From the NCBI GenBank assembly GCA_964565925.1, contig CAZMGV010000008.1:2664-66663 (forward strand): a stretch of DNA of 64,000 bases. Direction: 5' to 3'. Under the pieces are notes generated by a model. The model saw only the letters and a list, made by a program, of their open reading frames with translations, was not told the origin of the DNA and ran no database searches. Positions 28,076 through 37,596 of the stretch are shown here, piece after piece (the stretch's first letter is position 1; each line of letters begins with the position of its first letter). A program made the translations under genes and the position numbers. Source of the DNA: an uncultured bacterium. Lineage in GTDB: Bacteria > JAGRBM01 > JAHCIT01.

Positions 28076-28125
28076 CCCACCCGTCGCAAACCTGTCACAG
28101 AACCGGCTACACTTCGTCTGCCTGT

Positions 28126-28773
28126 ATGAAATTCACGTCACTTGCCATTCTGGCCGCCCTGCTGCCGACGGCCTTTGTTCCCTCCGGGACGCTGCATGCG
28201 GAAGGGGAAAAACCGGCCGAACGGGTTCAGTATCCCAAACCGGAAACGAAGCTGGAAGACCCGCTGACCGAAAAGAACCGGAATAACTTCGAGCTCGAAC
28301 AGATGAAGAAGGGCTTGCGGGGGAGCGGCTTCAGCGGCAAGCTTCCCCCCGATTTCCGCAAGGTATTCGCCCTGCTCTACATGCAGGATTACGCCTCACC
28401 GGCCCTCGACCTGCTCAAGGAAGCCATCGGGAACAAGGACATTCCCCGGATCCGCGAAGCGACCGAAAATCTCCACTCCCTCTACTCGAAACTCCAGAAA
28501 CCCCCGCTTTCGAACGAGGCCAAGTGGGTCACGATCAGCCAGCAGGGGAAACAGGCCGCCGTCACCATCCGGTCCCTTACCTACCGGGACGATGGCCAGA
28601 AACTGATCGACGAAAACTTTGCCAAGGTCGTTCAGTCTTGCTACGCATGCCACCGCGCTTACGGAGGTCCTGCGGAAAAGTACGAGGAGCTGGTCCGGTT
28701 CAAGCATCAGAAAGATGAACCGCTCAAGCCGGTCCCCGATCTTCCCAATCCCGCCAAGACCAAACACCCGTAA
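28126..28773 (+). CDS. periplasmic c-type cytochrome (single CxxCH)
   Basis: Signal peptide; heme-binding CYACH near C-terminus (cytochrome c-prime-like placement). Confidence 0.6.
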   Translation: MKFTSLAILAALLPTAFVPSGTLHAEGEKPAERVQYPKPETKLEDPLTEKNRNNFELEQMKKGLRGSGFSGKLPPDFRKVFALLYMQDYASPALDLLKEAIGNKDIPRIREATENLHSLYSKLQKPPLSNEAKWVTISQQGKQAAVTIRSLTYRDDGQKLIDENFAKVVQSCYACHRAYGGPAEKYEELVRFKHQKDEPLKPVPDLPNPAKTKHP

Positions 28774-28786
28774 CGCGGGAGCGATC

Positions 28787-30004
28787 ATGCCGGAAAAAAG
28801 CGTCAAAAAAGCCGTGCTTGCCTATTCAGGCGGCCTCGATACCAGCGTCATTCTCAAATGGCTCGTCGAGAACTACCAGTGCGAAGTGGTCTGCTTTACG
28901 GCCGATCTCGGCCAGGGCACCGGCGAACTCGATGGCCTCGAGAAGAAGTGCAAGGCAACCGGTGGATCGAAGCTATACGTGGACGACCTGCGCGAAGAGT
29001 TCGTCCGCGACTTCGTCTTCCCGATGCTCAAGATCAACTCCATGTACGAGGGCCAGTATTACCTGGGCACCTCGATCGCCCGGCCGCTCATCGCCAAACG
29101 GCAGATCGAGATCGCCAACAAGGAAGGCGCCGACGCCGTTTCCCACGGCGCCACCGGAAAAGGCAACGACCAGGTCCGGTTCGAGGTCACCTACTATGCG
29201 CTCAAGCCCGAAGTGACCATCATCGCCCCGTGGCGCGAATGGAAATTCTCCGGCCGTCTCGATCTGATCGCCTACTGCAAGGAACACCACATCCCGGTCG
29301 AGGCCACGGCGGAAAAGCCTTTCTCGACAGACCGCAACCTGCTGCATATCTCTTACGAGGGCGGGATCCTCGAGGACCCGTGGTTCGAGAGCAATTCCGA
29401 CATGTACCGCATGGCAGTTCCGCCCGAGAAGGCGCCAGACAAGGCCGATTACATCGAACTCGAATACCTGAAGGGCACGCCCGTTTCGATCAACGGCGAG
29501 AAGCTCTCCCCCGCGAATCTGCTCGCAAAGGCAAACGAAATCGGCGGACGCCACGGCGTGGGCCGCGTGGATCTCGTGGAAAACCGTTTCGTCGGCATGA
29601 AGTCCCGCGGCGTCTATGAAACGCCGGGCGGAGCGATCCTGCACGCCGCACACCGTGCGGTTGAATCGATCACCATGGACCGCGAGGCTATGCACCTGCG
29701 CGATTCCCTGATGCCGAAATACGCGGAGCTCGTCTACAACGGCTTCTGGTATTCGCCCGAACGCGAAGCCCTTCAGGCGCTCGTGGAGTCCACCCAGCAG
29801 AACGTGACCGGCACCGCCCGGCTGAAACTCTATAAAGGCGGCATCTATGTCGCCGGCCGCAAGAGCCAGTATTCGCTGTACGACCCGCAGCTCTCCACGT
29901 TCGAAAAGGACCGGATGTACAACCAGAAGGACGCCGAAGGTTTCATCCGCCTGAACGCGCTGCGGCTCCGGACGCTGGCCAGGATGCAGGCGAAGACGAA
30001 ATAG
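28787..30004 (+). CDS. argG: argininosuccinate synthase
   Basis: [11 protein letters not shown]-loop and full-length conservation; ATG at 28787 with RBS gcggga (the ORF track upstream extension is spurious). Confidence 0.9.
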   Translation: MPEKSVKKAVLAYSGGLDTSVILKWLVENYQCEVVCFTADLGQGTGELDGLEKKCKATGGSKLYVDDLREEFVRDFVFPMLKINSMYEGQYYLGTSIARPLIAKRQIEIANKEGADAVSHGATGKGNDQVRFEVTYYALKPEVTIIAPWREWKFSGRLDLIAYCKEHHIPVEATAEKPFSTDRNLLHISYEGGILEDPWFESNSDMYRMAVPPEKAPDKADYIELEYLKGTPVSINGEKLSPANLLAKANEIGGRHGVGRVDLVENRFVGMKSRGVYETPGGAILHAAHRAVESITMDREAMHLRDSLMPKYAELVYNGFWYSPEREALQALVESTQQNVTGTARLKLYKGGIYVAGRKSQYSLYDPQLSTFEKDRMYNQKDAEGFIRLNALRLRTLARMQAKTK

Positions 30005-30018
30005 GCCATCATCGGCAC

Positions 30019-30939
30019 ATGTCATTGAGCAGGTTCATCCTGGCCCTGGCGGTACCGTGCGCGTTCGCGGTCACCGTGTACGCCGCACCCCGCTCCGAGC
30101 CGCGTACCCAGCAGGAATCCGTGCTGCTGGACCCCGAGCCCGCCGCCCACTGGAAAAAGCAGCTCCAGTCGGCCGACTGGCTCGACCGCTGGCAGGCGGT
30201 TTACGCGCTGGGCCTGACGGACAAGGATGCAGAAGGAGTTATCCCCTCGCTCGTCGAAGCGCTCAAGGACAAGGACGAACGCGTTCAGGCCGGCGCCGCC
30301 GATGCCCTGGGCAAGATCGGAGAACCCGCTCTGCCCGCGCTCCAGCAGCTGCTCCGGAGCGGCGAACGCCGTCAGCGCCGGTGGGCCGCCTATGCCCTGG
30401 GACATTCAGGCAGCAAGGACGCCATACCGTTTCTCATCCCGGCCATGACCGACACCCGCGACGACGTGCGCGAGAAAGCCGCCGAGTCGCTGAAACTCCT
30501 GGGCTACAGCGGCAAGGACGCCGTCCGCCTGTTCATGCAGGGGCTCAAGGATTCCGATCCCGCCGTCAGATTTCACTCGGCGATGGCGCTGGGGGCCCTT
30601 GCGGATCCAGCCTCGGTAACAGCTCTGACGGCGACACTCGACGATGCCAATATCAACATCAAGGGAGCCGCCTGTGAAGCGCTGGGCCGGATCGGAGCGC
30701 CGTCGCGCAAAGCCGTTCCCCGACTCGCCGCGCTGCTGTCGGACCATCCGTTCGTCATGGGTTTCGCCGTCACGGCACTGGGCGGAATCGGCCCCGACGC
30801 GGCGGAGGCGCTTCCCCTGCTCAAGGCACTCGCCACCGGAAACGGGCCCGAACCGCTGCGCCTGAAAGCGCGCTGGGCGGTCGAACGGATTGAGCAGCCG
30901 TCCGGTGACGACAACGGCCATACCGGTAATACGCCGTGA
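30019..30939 (+). CDS. secreted HEAT-repeat (PBS-lyase-like) protein
   Basis: Signal peptide; repeated ...VR..AA.ALG.IG.. HEAT-like units. Confidence 0.65.
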   Translation: MSLSRFILALAVPCAFAVTVYAAPRSEPRTQQESVLLDPEPAAHWKKQLQSADWLDRWQAVYALGLTDKDAEGVIPSLVEALKDKDERVQAGAADALGKIGEPALPALQQLLRSGERRQRRWAAYALGHSGSKDAIPFLIPAMTDTRDDVREKAAESLKLLGYSGKDAVRLFMQGLKDSDPAVRFHSAMALGALADPASVTALTATLDDANINIKGAACEALGRIGAPSRKAVPRLAALLSDHPFVMGFAVTALGGIGPDAAEALPLLKALATGNGPEPLRLKARWAVERIEQPSGDDNGHTGNTP

Positions 30940-31523
30940 TCGAAGCCACCCGCGAGCCGGGATTCTTTTCCGTCCTGTGCGTGAAAGTTCCGGGTGCCCC
31001 GGACCCGGCCGCCCGGTTCTGGCGCCTGTTTTTCGGCGCCGGCATGGCATCCGAAGCCGTCCGGGTAATCTGGTTCCTGATCAAGGGCGGAGCGCCGGAC
31101 GTGGGCGCGTTCGATATTATCCTCGGGCTGGCGCTGACAGCCGGCCTCGCCGGGTTTCTGTTCACCCACACGGCCTGGAGCCGGCCGCTCGCCGCCAAAG
31201 GCCGGTTCGTGTTCAGCCAGTACGGGGTGTCGTTCGCCCGCCAGAACCGGACGGATGAGGTCGCGCCCGACTGGAAACTGGGCTGGGATGCGATCAGTCG
31301 CGTCGAATTCGTCAGCGATAACCGGGGGTTCGTCATCCGGCTCGAAACCGCCAACGAAACCGCCGGCGGACCCAGAGAAATCCTCGCCGATCAGGTCCGG
31401 TTCGAGAACTGCCCGGGCGAAGTTAAAGCCGCGAAAGTTCCGGACTCCGTACCGCGTCCGTTCGCGGCGCGCCTCATCGTCCGCGCGATCGCCTGTTTCG
31501 CCCCGCCGCAGCTGCTTTCGTAG
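30936..31523 (+). CDS. hypothetical membrane protein
   Basis: Two hydrophobic helices; 3' end carries copy 1 of a 34-bp direct repeat. Confidence 0.45.
   Translation: MIEATREPGFFSVLCVKVPGAPDPAARFWRLFFGAGMASEAVRVIWFLIKGGAPDVGAFDIILGLALTAGLAGFLFTHTAWSRPLAAKGRFVFSQYGVSFARQNRTDEVAPDWKLGWDAISRVEFVSDNRGFVIRLETANETAGGPREILADQVRFENCPGEVKAAKVPDSVPRPFAARLIVRAIACFAPPQLLS
31483..31516. repeat. 34-bp direct repeat copy 1 (gcgcgatcgcctgtttcgccccgccgcagctgct)
   Basis: Identical copy at 32677-32710; copy 1 is the 3' end of ORF 30936-31523. Confidence 0.8.
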
Positions 31524-31546
31524 ACCGGCCGTTCACAGCACACGCG

Positions 31547-32454
31547 CTACTCTTTGCCCGCCTTGAACCCCTTCAAATCGATAAAGGGCGTGGCTCCGCC
31601 GGAAACCTGGGGCAGGACACCGTCCCATTTATCGATCGCCTTGCTCTGGATGAGGTTCGGCGTGAGCGTCGACTGCAGCAGACGGTTGGCTTCAGCCTGG
31701 GCCTTGGCACGGACCACTATCGATTGCGCCTCGCCCTCGGCCTTGGCCACTTCGGCCTTGGCCAGCATTTCATTCTTCTGAAGCTCGTATTCGGCCTGCT
31801 GGGCCTGCTGCTGCGCCGCCATCTTCTGCTGCATCTGCACTTCGAGGGACTGCGGCAGATGGCTCGCGCCCAGGTTCACCTTGTCCAGAAAGAAACCCAT
31901 CTTGGCGATCTCGATACCGAGGTTGGTCTGGATCGCATCCTGGAGTTCGCTCCGCTTGGCCGAAATCACCTCTGACAGCGACATCTGTCCCGCAGTGTTC
32001 TGCGCGACCGTGATGATGGTCCGCCGGATGAAGGTCGCTTCGATATCCGAAATGTCCGCCCCGCGGAATGCCTTGAACACCTGGTCGGCCTTATCCTCGG
32101 AGGTATTGTAGGTGACGGAGATATCCTGGCGTATGTGCTGGCCCTCACGGGTCGGCAGGTCAATGCTGTCGTCTAGTTCGGAGGAACCCTCGCCGCTCCG
32201 GCGGACCATCGTGTAGGTTCGGAGCGCCGTGGGGTAACTCTGGACCTGGGTAACCCATGGAGCACGCCAGGCCATCCCCTGGGGCACCGTCCGCAAAGAT
32301 CCGGTCCACCGGTTAAAGACGACCCCTGTGTTGCCGGGCTCGATCACGGAATAGGAGCTGAAAAACAGCGTCACGAGAATGAGCGAAAACGCTATCGGGA
32401 CCGCTCGGCTCAGCAGTTTCGCCCAGAACTCCGGTGAATCGTTGTCGTTGCTCA
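31547..32454 (-). CDS. SPFH/band-7 (HflK/C, prohibitin-like) membrane protein
   Basis: N-terminal TM helix then SPFH domain; start ATG at 32454 (MSNDNDSPEF), coupled (ATGA) to upstream small ORF; longer track ORF is a spurious extension. Confidence 0.75.
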
Positions 32455-32637
32455 TGCTTCTGGCTCCCCTTTGCCCTTTGAATAGTCGGTAACGTCTATG
32501 ACCCTGCCGCCCCCGGTCCTCTTTTTCGGACGGAACAGTTCCAGAAGATAGGTCTCCAGCCGTCGCTGAAGAGGCCGCATCAGGAACGTAAGTCCCATAA
32601 CGGCGGCCACCAGCATCATGAATTCCGCAAATGTCAT
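32452..32637 (-). CDS. small membrane protein co-transcribed with SPFH gene
   Basis: 61 aa, one TM helix (FMMLVAAVMGLTFLM); stop overlaps SPFH start. Confidence 0.45.
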   Translation of the reverse strand: MTFAEFMMLVAAVMGLTFLMRPLQRRLETYLLELFRPKKRTGGGRVIDVTDYSKGKGEPEA

Positions 32638-32676
32638 ATTCAGACGGATTCAGACTAGCACGCCCCGGCGGCCGAG

Positions 32677-32710
32677 GCGCGATCGCCTGTTTCGCCCCGC
32701 CGCAGCTGCT
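32677..32710. repeat. 34-bp direct repeat copy 2
   Basis: Identical to 31483-31516; also ends in an in-frame stop in the same reading frame. Confidence 0.8.
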
Positions 32711-32924
32711 CAGGTAGCCGGAAGGTCCTCCCCGGGCCCCAATCACAGAACTTTCGTTGACGCCCGAAACGGGCTGTGTTATCGAACCGAAACCTTTGTG
32801 ATTTCACTTAGGTAAACGGCCTTGGGAGGCCGATACGGACAAGCGAGTCCTTATCGGATTTCCGGGCACGCACCAGATGGCTGGCTAGTGGCTGACAAGC
32901 GACCGGCAACCAGCCGATGGCTCA

Positions 32925-32974
32925 ACTGCGGATCAGCTTACACAACTTTCAAAAAGTATTGAAAGTTTCCGCAG
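32925..32974. promoter_or_regulatory. nested palindrome (candidate operator) upstream of Mla-like operon
   Basis: ctgcgga-N11-aactttcaa-aaagtat-tgaaagtt-tccgcag. Confidence 0.4.
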
Positions 32975-33019
32975 TCTGGTGCACTCTGTTCCAAGGTTTG
33001 AGGGAAGCAGGACACCGCC

Positions 33020-33793
33020 TTGATCGAGATCCGCAACGTCAGCAAACGGTTCGGCGAGCACAAGCTGCTCGACAACGTGAGCCTGACCGTGAATGCCGGC
33101 GAAACGGTCGTGCTGATCGGACCGTCGGGGCACGGGAAAAGCGTGCTGGTGAAGATCTGCGCGGGTCTGGTCGTCCCCGACGGAGGCGAAGTGTTCATCG
33201 ACGGCCAGTCGATCACCACGGCCCGCGGCCCCGCGCTGGACAATATCCGCCGCCGCATGGGCATGCTGTTCCAGAACTACGCCCTGTTCGACTCCATGAC
33301 CGTTTACGAGAATCTCGCCTTCCCGCTGCGCACCAACGACAACCTTTCCGAGGCCGAGCTGGACAAGCGGGTCATGCACAACCTGTCGCTGGTAAAACTC
33401 GCCCACGCGGCGCAGCTGAGGACCAGCGAACTGTCGGGCGGCATGAAGAAGCGCGTGGGGATCGCCCGCGCGTGGATCCGCAACCCGGAAGTGATCCTCT
33501 ACGACGAGCCCACGGCGGGCCTGGACCCGGTCACGGGCGAGCGGATCAACACGTTCCTCAAGGATTTCGCAAAACAGAGCCGCACGACGGCGCTGGTCGT
33601 GACGCAGGAAATGCTGTCGGCGTTTTCGGTCGCCGACCGCCTGGCGTTCGTCTACAACGGCAAGATCATGCAGTGCGATACGCCGCAGAAGATGCGCGAA
33701 TCGAAGATCCCCGAAGTGGCCCAGTTCATCAACGGCCTGCGCGAAGGCCCGCTGACGAACGCCGGAGTCGTGAAGCGCCGGGAGTCCATGTGA
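33020..33793 (+). CDS. ABC transporter ATP-binding protein, MlaF-like (copy 1)
   Basis: Walker A GPSGHGKS, signature LSGGMKKRV, Walker B ILYDEP; TTG start with RBS agggaag. Confidence 0.85.
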   Translation: MIEIRNVSKRFGEHKLLDNVSLTVNAGETVVLIGPSGHGKSVLVKICAGLVVPDGGEVFIDGQSITTARGPALDNIRRRMGMLFQNYALFDSMTVYENLAFPLRTNDNLSEAELDKRVMHNLSLVKLAHAAQLRTSELSGGMKKRVGIARAWIRNPEVILYDEPTAGLDPVTGERINTFLKDFAKQSRTTALVVTQEMLSAFSVADRLAFVYNGKIMQCDTPQKMRESKIPEVAQFINGLREGPLTNAGVVKRRESM

Positions 33794-34533
33794 GCATCGT
33801 TTTCAAGAACCTCTGGAAGAGCTTCGGGCCGAAAACGGTTCTCAAGGGTATCAACCTGGAGATCCACGAAGGCGAGACGCTGTTCATTATCGGCGGCTCG
33901 GGCACCGGCAAGTCGGTCACGATCAAGCACCTGATCGGCTTGCTCCGCAAGGACAAGGGCGAAATCTGGGTCGACGGCAAGGAAGTGAGCGACTACACCG
34001 AAGAGCAGTTCATGGACGTCCGCAAGAAGTGCGCGATGGTGTTCCAGAACCCGGCGCTGCTGGACTCGCTCACGATCGGCGAGAACGTCGCCTTCGCGCT
34101 GCGCCGCCATACGACGCTCTCCGACAAGGAGATCCGCCGCAAGGTGGCCCAGACCCTCGCGCTCGTGAACATGGAAGGCTACGAGCACAAGATGCCGTCG
34201 GAGATCTCCGGCGGCATGCAGAAGCGCGTGTCGCTGGCCCGCTCGATCATTTTCGAACCCAAATACGTGCTCTACGACGAGCCGACCACCGGCGCGGACC
34301 CCGTAACCGCCAACGCCATCAACGACCTGATCAAGGCCATGGCGCGGGAGTTCAAGGTCACGTCCATCGTCGTCTCGCACGACATGGAGTCGGTCCGCCA
34401 GGTGGCCAACCGGGTCGCCATGCTGTACCAGGGGCAGTTCATCTGCGACGAATCGCCCGAGAACCTCTGGAAGAGCAAGAATCCTTACGTCCAGCAGTTT
34501 ATAAACGGAAGCCCTGACGGGCCCATGGAGTGA
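33790..34533 (+). CDS. ABC transporter ATP-binding protein, MlaF-like (copy 2)
   Basis: Walker A GGSGTGKS, signature ISGGMQKRV, Walker B VLYDEP; GTG start overlapping upstream stop. Confidence 0.85.
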   Translation: MSIVFKNLWKSFGPKTVLKGINLEIHEGETLFIIGGSGTGKSVTIKHLIGLLRKDKGEIWVDGKEVSDYTEEQFMDVRKKCAMVFQNPALLDSLTIGENVAFALRRHTTLSDKEIRRKVAQTLALVNMEGYEHKMPSEISGGMQKRVSLARSIIFEPKYVLYDEPTTGADPVTANAINDLIKAMAREFKVTSIVVSHDMESVRQVANRVAMLYQGQFICDESPENLWKSKNPYVQQFINGSPDGPME

Positions 34534-35411
34534 GTGCAGGCAGCATGAGCGAAGCAGTCGCCGAATCCCGGAACCCCGGACTGATCCGGGGGTTATTCCG
34601 GGGCCCCTTCGAGGCCCTGGGCTCACTGATCTTTTTGATCGGCGTGGGTATCGAGGAGTTCGGCCGGCTGTGCCTGTTCCTCAGGGAAACCGTCGTCCGC
34701 CTGATGAAGCCGCCCTACTACCCGGACGTCATCATGTACCAGATGTTCCAGGTGGGCGTGAAGTCGCTCCCGATCGCCGTCATGGCGGGTTCATTCGTGG
34801 GCGGCATCTTCGCCATCCAGATCAACGACCAGCTCCAGGATTTCGGCGCGCAGGCGTTCCTGGGAGGCATCGCCGTCTCCGTCACCGTGCGCGAAGTGGG
34901 CCCGCTGATGATCGCGCTGCTTATCGCAGGCCGCATCGGAGCGTTCACGGCCGCCGAACTGGGCACCATGAACGTCACCGAGCAGATCGACGCCATCCGG
35001 TGCCTGGGCACCGACCCGATCAAGTATCTGGTCGTTCCGCGCTTCCTGGCCTGTATCGTGATGTCGTTCGTGCTCACGGTCGTCGGCATCGTGATCGGTA
35101 TTCTCGGTTCCGCCCTCGTCGCCTGGACGATTGCGGGCGTGCATCCGCTCTTCTATTTCAGCCGCGTGCTCGACATGGTCCACGTCTTCGACTTCGTGAA
35201 CGGCTTATGGAAGAGCTTCTTCTTCGGCATCCTGATCGCCACCGTCTGCTGCTATTACGGCTTCAACACCCGGGGCGGCGCCGAGGACGTGGGCCGGAAC
35301 GTGAACAAGACCGTCGTCATCACCGGCATCAGCCTGCTCGCCACCGACTACTTCCTCGCCGTCATCTCCGGCTGGATCTACCTGGTCATCACCAAGATAG
35401 GCGAGATCTGA
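34530..35411 (+). CDS. ABC transporter permease, MlaE-like (copy 1)
   Basis: Polytopic membrane protein with MlaE family pattern (…EQIDAIRCLGTDPIKYLVVPRF…). Confidence 0.75.
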   Translation: MSAGSMSEAVAESRNPGLIRGLFRGPFEALGSLIFLIGVGIEEFGRLCLFLRETVVRLMKPPYYPDVIMYQMFQVGVKSLPIAVMAGSFVGGIFAIQINDQLQDFGAQAFLGGIAVSVTVREVGPLMIALLIAGRIGAFTAAELGTMNVTEQIDAIRCLGTDPIKYLVVPRFLACIVMSFVLTVVGIVIGILGSALVAWTIAGVHPLFYFSRVLDMVHVFDFVNGLWKSFFFGILIATVCCYYGFNTRGGAEDVGRNVNKTVVITGISLLATDYFLAVISGWIYLVITKIGEI

Positions 35412-35413
35412 GC

Positions 35414-36190
35414 ATGAACCTCGGTATCTTCACGCCGTTCGCGGTCTTCTTCGAGACGGTCAGGGACGTCCTGCGGCTGTACGCGGAGACGGTCTTCTAC
35501 ACGTTCTATCCGCCCTACCGTCTGCGCCCGATCCTCGACCAGCTGTACTGGATCGGGGTCAATTCGACCGCGATCGTGCTGTCGACCATCGCCTTCGTCG
35601 GCATGATCTCCATCGTGGAACTGGGCTTCCAGATGGACACCGTCCTGCATACGACCGAATTCGTGCCCGGTTTCGCCACCGTGCTGATCCTGCGCGAGTT
35701 CGCCAGCGTCATCCCCGCCGCCATGATGGCCGGCAAGGTGGGCGCGGGTATTACGGCCGAAATCGGCACCATGCAGCTTACCGAACAGATCGACGCGCTG
35801 CGGCTGATCTCGATCAACCCGATCAAGCAGATCGTGGTGCCCCGGTTTGTGGCCACCGTACTCAGCCTGATGATGCTTTCCTGCATCGCCGCCATGGTGG
35901 CCATCTTCACCGGAATGATCGTCTGCCAGGTGAGCATCCATATCGACTGGCTGCTGTTCATCAACAACGCCCGCAACTTCGTCAAGCCCCTGGATCTGGG
36001 CGTCAACGTCTTCAAGGCGTTCCTGTTCGGGCAGATTATCCCGATCGTGGCGTCGTATTACGGGTTCAGGACCACCGGCGGCGCCGAGGGGGTAGGCATT
36101 GCCTGCACCAAATCGGTCGTTTATTCGGGGCTCCTGATCGTCATATTGGACTTCTTCATCACCTGGGTGGTGTCGGCCTATATTTTGTAG
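35414..36190 (+). CDS. ABC transporter permease, MlaE-like (copy 2)
   Basis: Paralogous to copy 1 (…EQIDALRLISINPIKQIVVPRF…); ATG at 35414. Confidence 0.75.
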   Translation: MNLGIFTPFAVFFETVRDVLRLYAETVFYTFYPPYRLRPILDQLYWIGVNSTAIVLSTIAFVGMISIVELGFQMDTVLHTTEFVPGFATVLILREFASVIPAAMMAGKVGAGITAEIGTMQLTEQIDALRLISINPIKQIVVPRFVATVLSLMMLSCIAAMVAIFTGMIVCQVSIHIDWLLFINNARNFVKPLDLGVNVFKAFLFGQIIPIVASYYGFRTTGGAEGVGIACTKSVVYSGLLIVILDFFITWVVSAYIL

Positions 36191-36247
36191 AACAGTAATG
36201 AAAACCGTTGTATACAGAGAATTCGCAAGGGAAAGAGGCAGTAGGAA

Positions 36248-37468
36248 ATGAACAGAGAATTTAAAGTCGGCCTTCTCGTGGTCGGAGCCGTTGCGGCGGC
36301 TATCGGCTTCATCGCTGTACTGAAAGGCGTGGGAATCGGCCCCCGGTCATCCTACCGCCTGAAGGTCGGTTACAACTTCGCGGGCGGTCTCACCGTCGGC
36401 TCCCCCGTCCGTGTTTCGGGCGTCAAGGTGGGCAAGGTGCGCGCCGTGGATTTCGTGGGCGAAGACCCCTCGATCCCCTACCACGTGGTGGTGACCATCG
36501 ACATCGACGACAAGGCCCGTCCGTCGGTGCGCAAGAACTCCAAGTTCCTGATCAACATGGCCGGCATCATCGGCGAGCGCTACCTCGAAGTGACGCCCGG
36601 CTCCAAGGACGCCGAGTCCTGGGAACCCAACACGCTCGTCCCCGGCGTCGATCCGCCGCGCCTCGACCAGCTGATCTCGCAGGGCTACGCCGTCATGGGC
36701 GAAGTGCTCGACATCATCGAGAAGAACCGTCCGCGTCTTGAGCGCATGATCGCCGCCATCGATGCGTTCCTGGGCAACTTCGACGAAGAACAGATGAAGG
36801 ACGTGGGCCAGCTGATCAGCAACCTGTCCAGCCTCGTGAAGGCGCTGAACCAGGACGTGCCCGGCATGATGAAGGACCTCAAGCCGGTGCTGCACGCCGC
36901 TCCGGGCATGATCAACGATCTCCGCCCGGTGCTGAAAGACGCCGGACCGCTGATGCGCAACGCCAACGCCGTCATGATGGACCTCAAGCCGATCCTCGGC
37001 GACGCCCGTCCGATGGTCGTCTCGGCCCGCGAAGCGCTCGAGAAGCTGATGAAGATCATGCATGACCTCGAGCACTACAATAAGGCGAACGACACGAACC
37101 TCTCGTCGCTCATCAAGCAGGTTATCCGTATCGTCCAGAACATGGACGGACTGGTGGCCGGCGGTAACACGATGGTGAACAACCTCGCCTTCGTGGACGA
37201 ACAGTGGATCCGCTACTTCCTGCAGGAAGAAGGCCTGAAGGTGTACGCGAGCCTGGGCTCGCCGAACCCGCGCTACTTCGTGCCCGCGCCGCCGCCGCCG
37301 AACATCCGGCGCGCCCCGCCGCCGCCGTCGCAGCCCCTTCCGGAAGGAACAACACCGCAGGCAGCCCCGGCAGCAACCCCGGCTCCAGCACCGGTCGTAC
37401 CCAAGCCGACCTCTCCGGATCAGGAGCCGCCGCCTCCGCCGGCTCCGCCGCAGAAGATCCGCCAGTAA
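36248..37468 (+). CDS. MlaD/MCE-domain substrate-binding protein with long helical and Pro-rich C-terminal tail
   Basis: N-terminal TM anchor, MCE domain, extended coiled region, PPPP-rich end. Confidence 0.75.
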   Translation: MNREFKVGLLVVGAVAAAIGFIAVLKGVGIGPRSSYRLKVGYNFAGGLTVGSPVRVSGVKVGKVRAVDFVGEDPSIPYHVVVTIDIDDKARPSVRKNSKFLINMAGIIGERYLEVTPGSKDAESWEPNTLVPGVDPPRLDQLISQGYAVMGEVLDIIEKNRPRLERMIAAIDAFLGNFDEEQMKDVGQLISNLSSLVKALNQDVPGMMKDLKPVLHAAPGMINDLRPVLKDAGPLMRNANAVMMDLKPILGDARPMVVSAREALEKLMKIMHDLEHYNKANDTNLSSLIKQVIRIVQNMDGLVAGGNTMVNNLAFVDEQWIRYFLQEEGLKVYASLGSPNPRYFVPAPPPPNIRRAPPPPSQPLPEGTTPQAAPAATPAPAPVVPKPTSPDQEPPPPPAPPQKIRQ

Positions 37469-37511
37469 TACCGGCGGTTATTCCGGCGGGTTTACGGACC
37501 TGAACAGCCAA

Positions 37512-37546
37512 GGGCGGCACCCCACCGGGGGCCGCCCTTTCTGTTT
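37512..37546 (+). terminator. rho-independent terminator after Mla-like operon
   Basis: gggcggc-loop-gccgccc followed by tttctgttt. Confidence 0.55.
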
Positions 37547-37596
37547 GCCCTGCCCCCTGACCAACCCCCGGCGGAGGTGTTAGGTTCATTACGGCC

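Noticed and set aside
28619-28786. 5' extension of the argG ORF overlapping the cytochrome c gene
   Set aside because: A canonical ATG with RBS at 28787 gives a full-length ArgG. The upstream frame overlaps the well-defined cytochrome c gene end.
32455-32746. Long 399-aa version of the SPFH ORF
   Set aside because: The upstream part is low-complexity. A clean ATG at 32454 with a TM helix and translational coupling to the small upstream gene gives the expected SPFH protein length.
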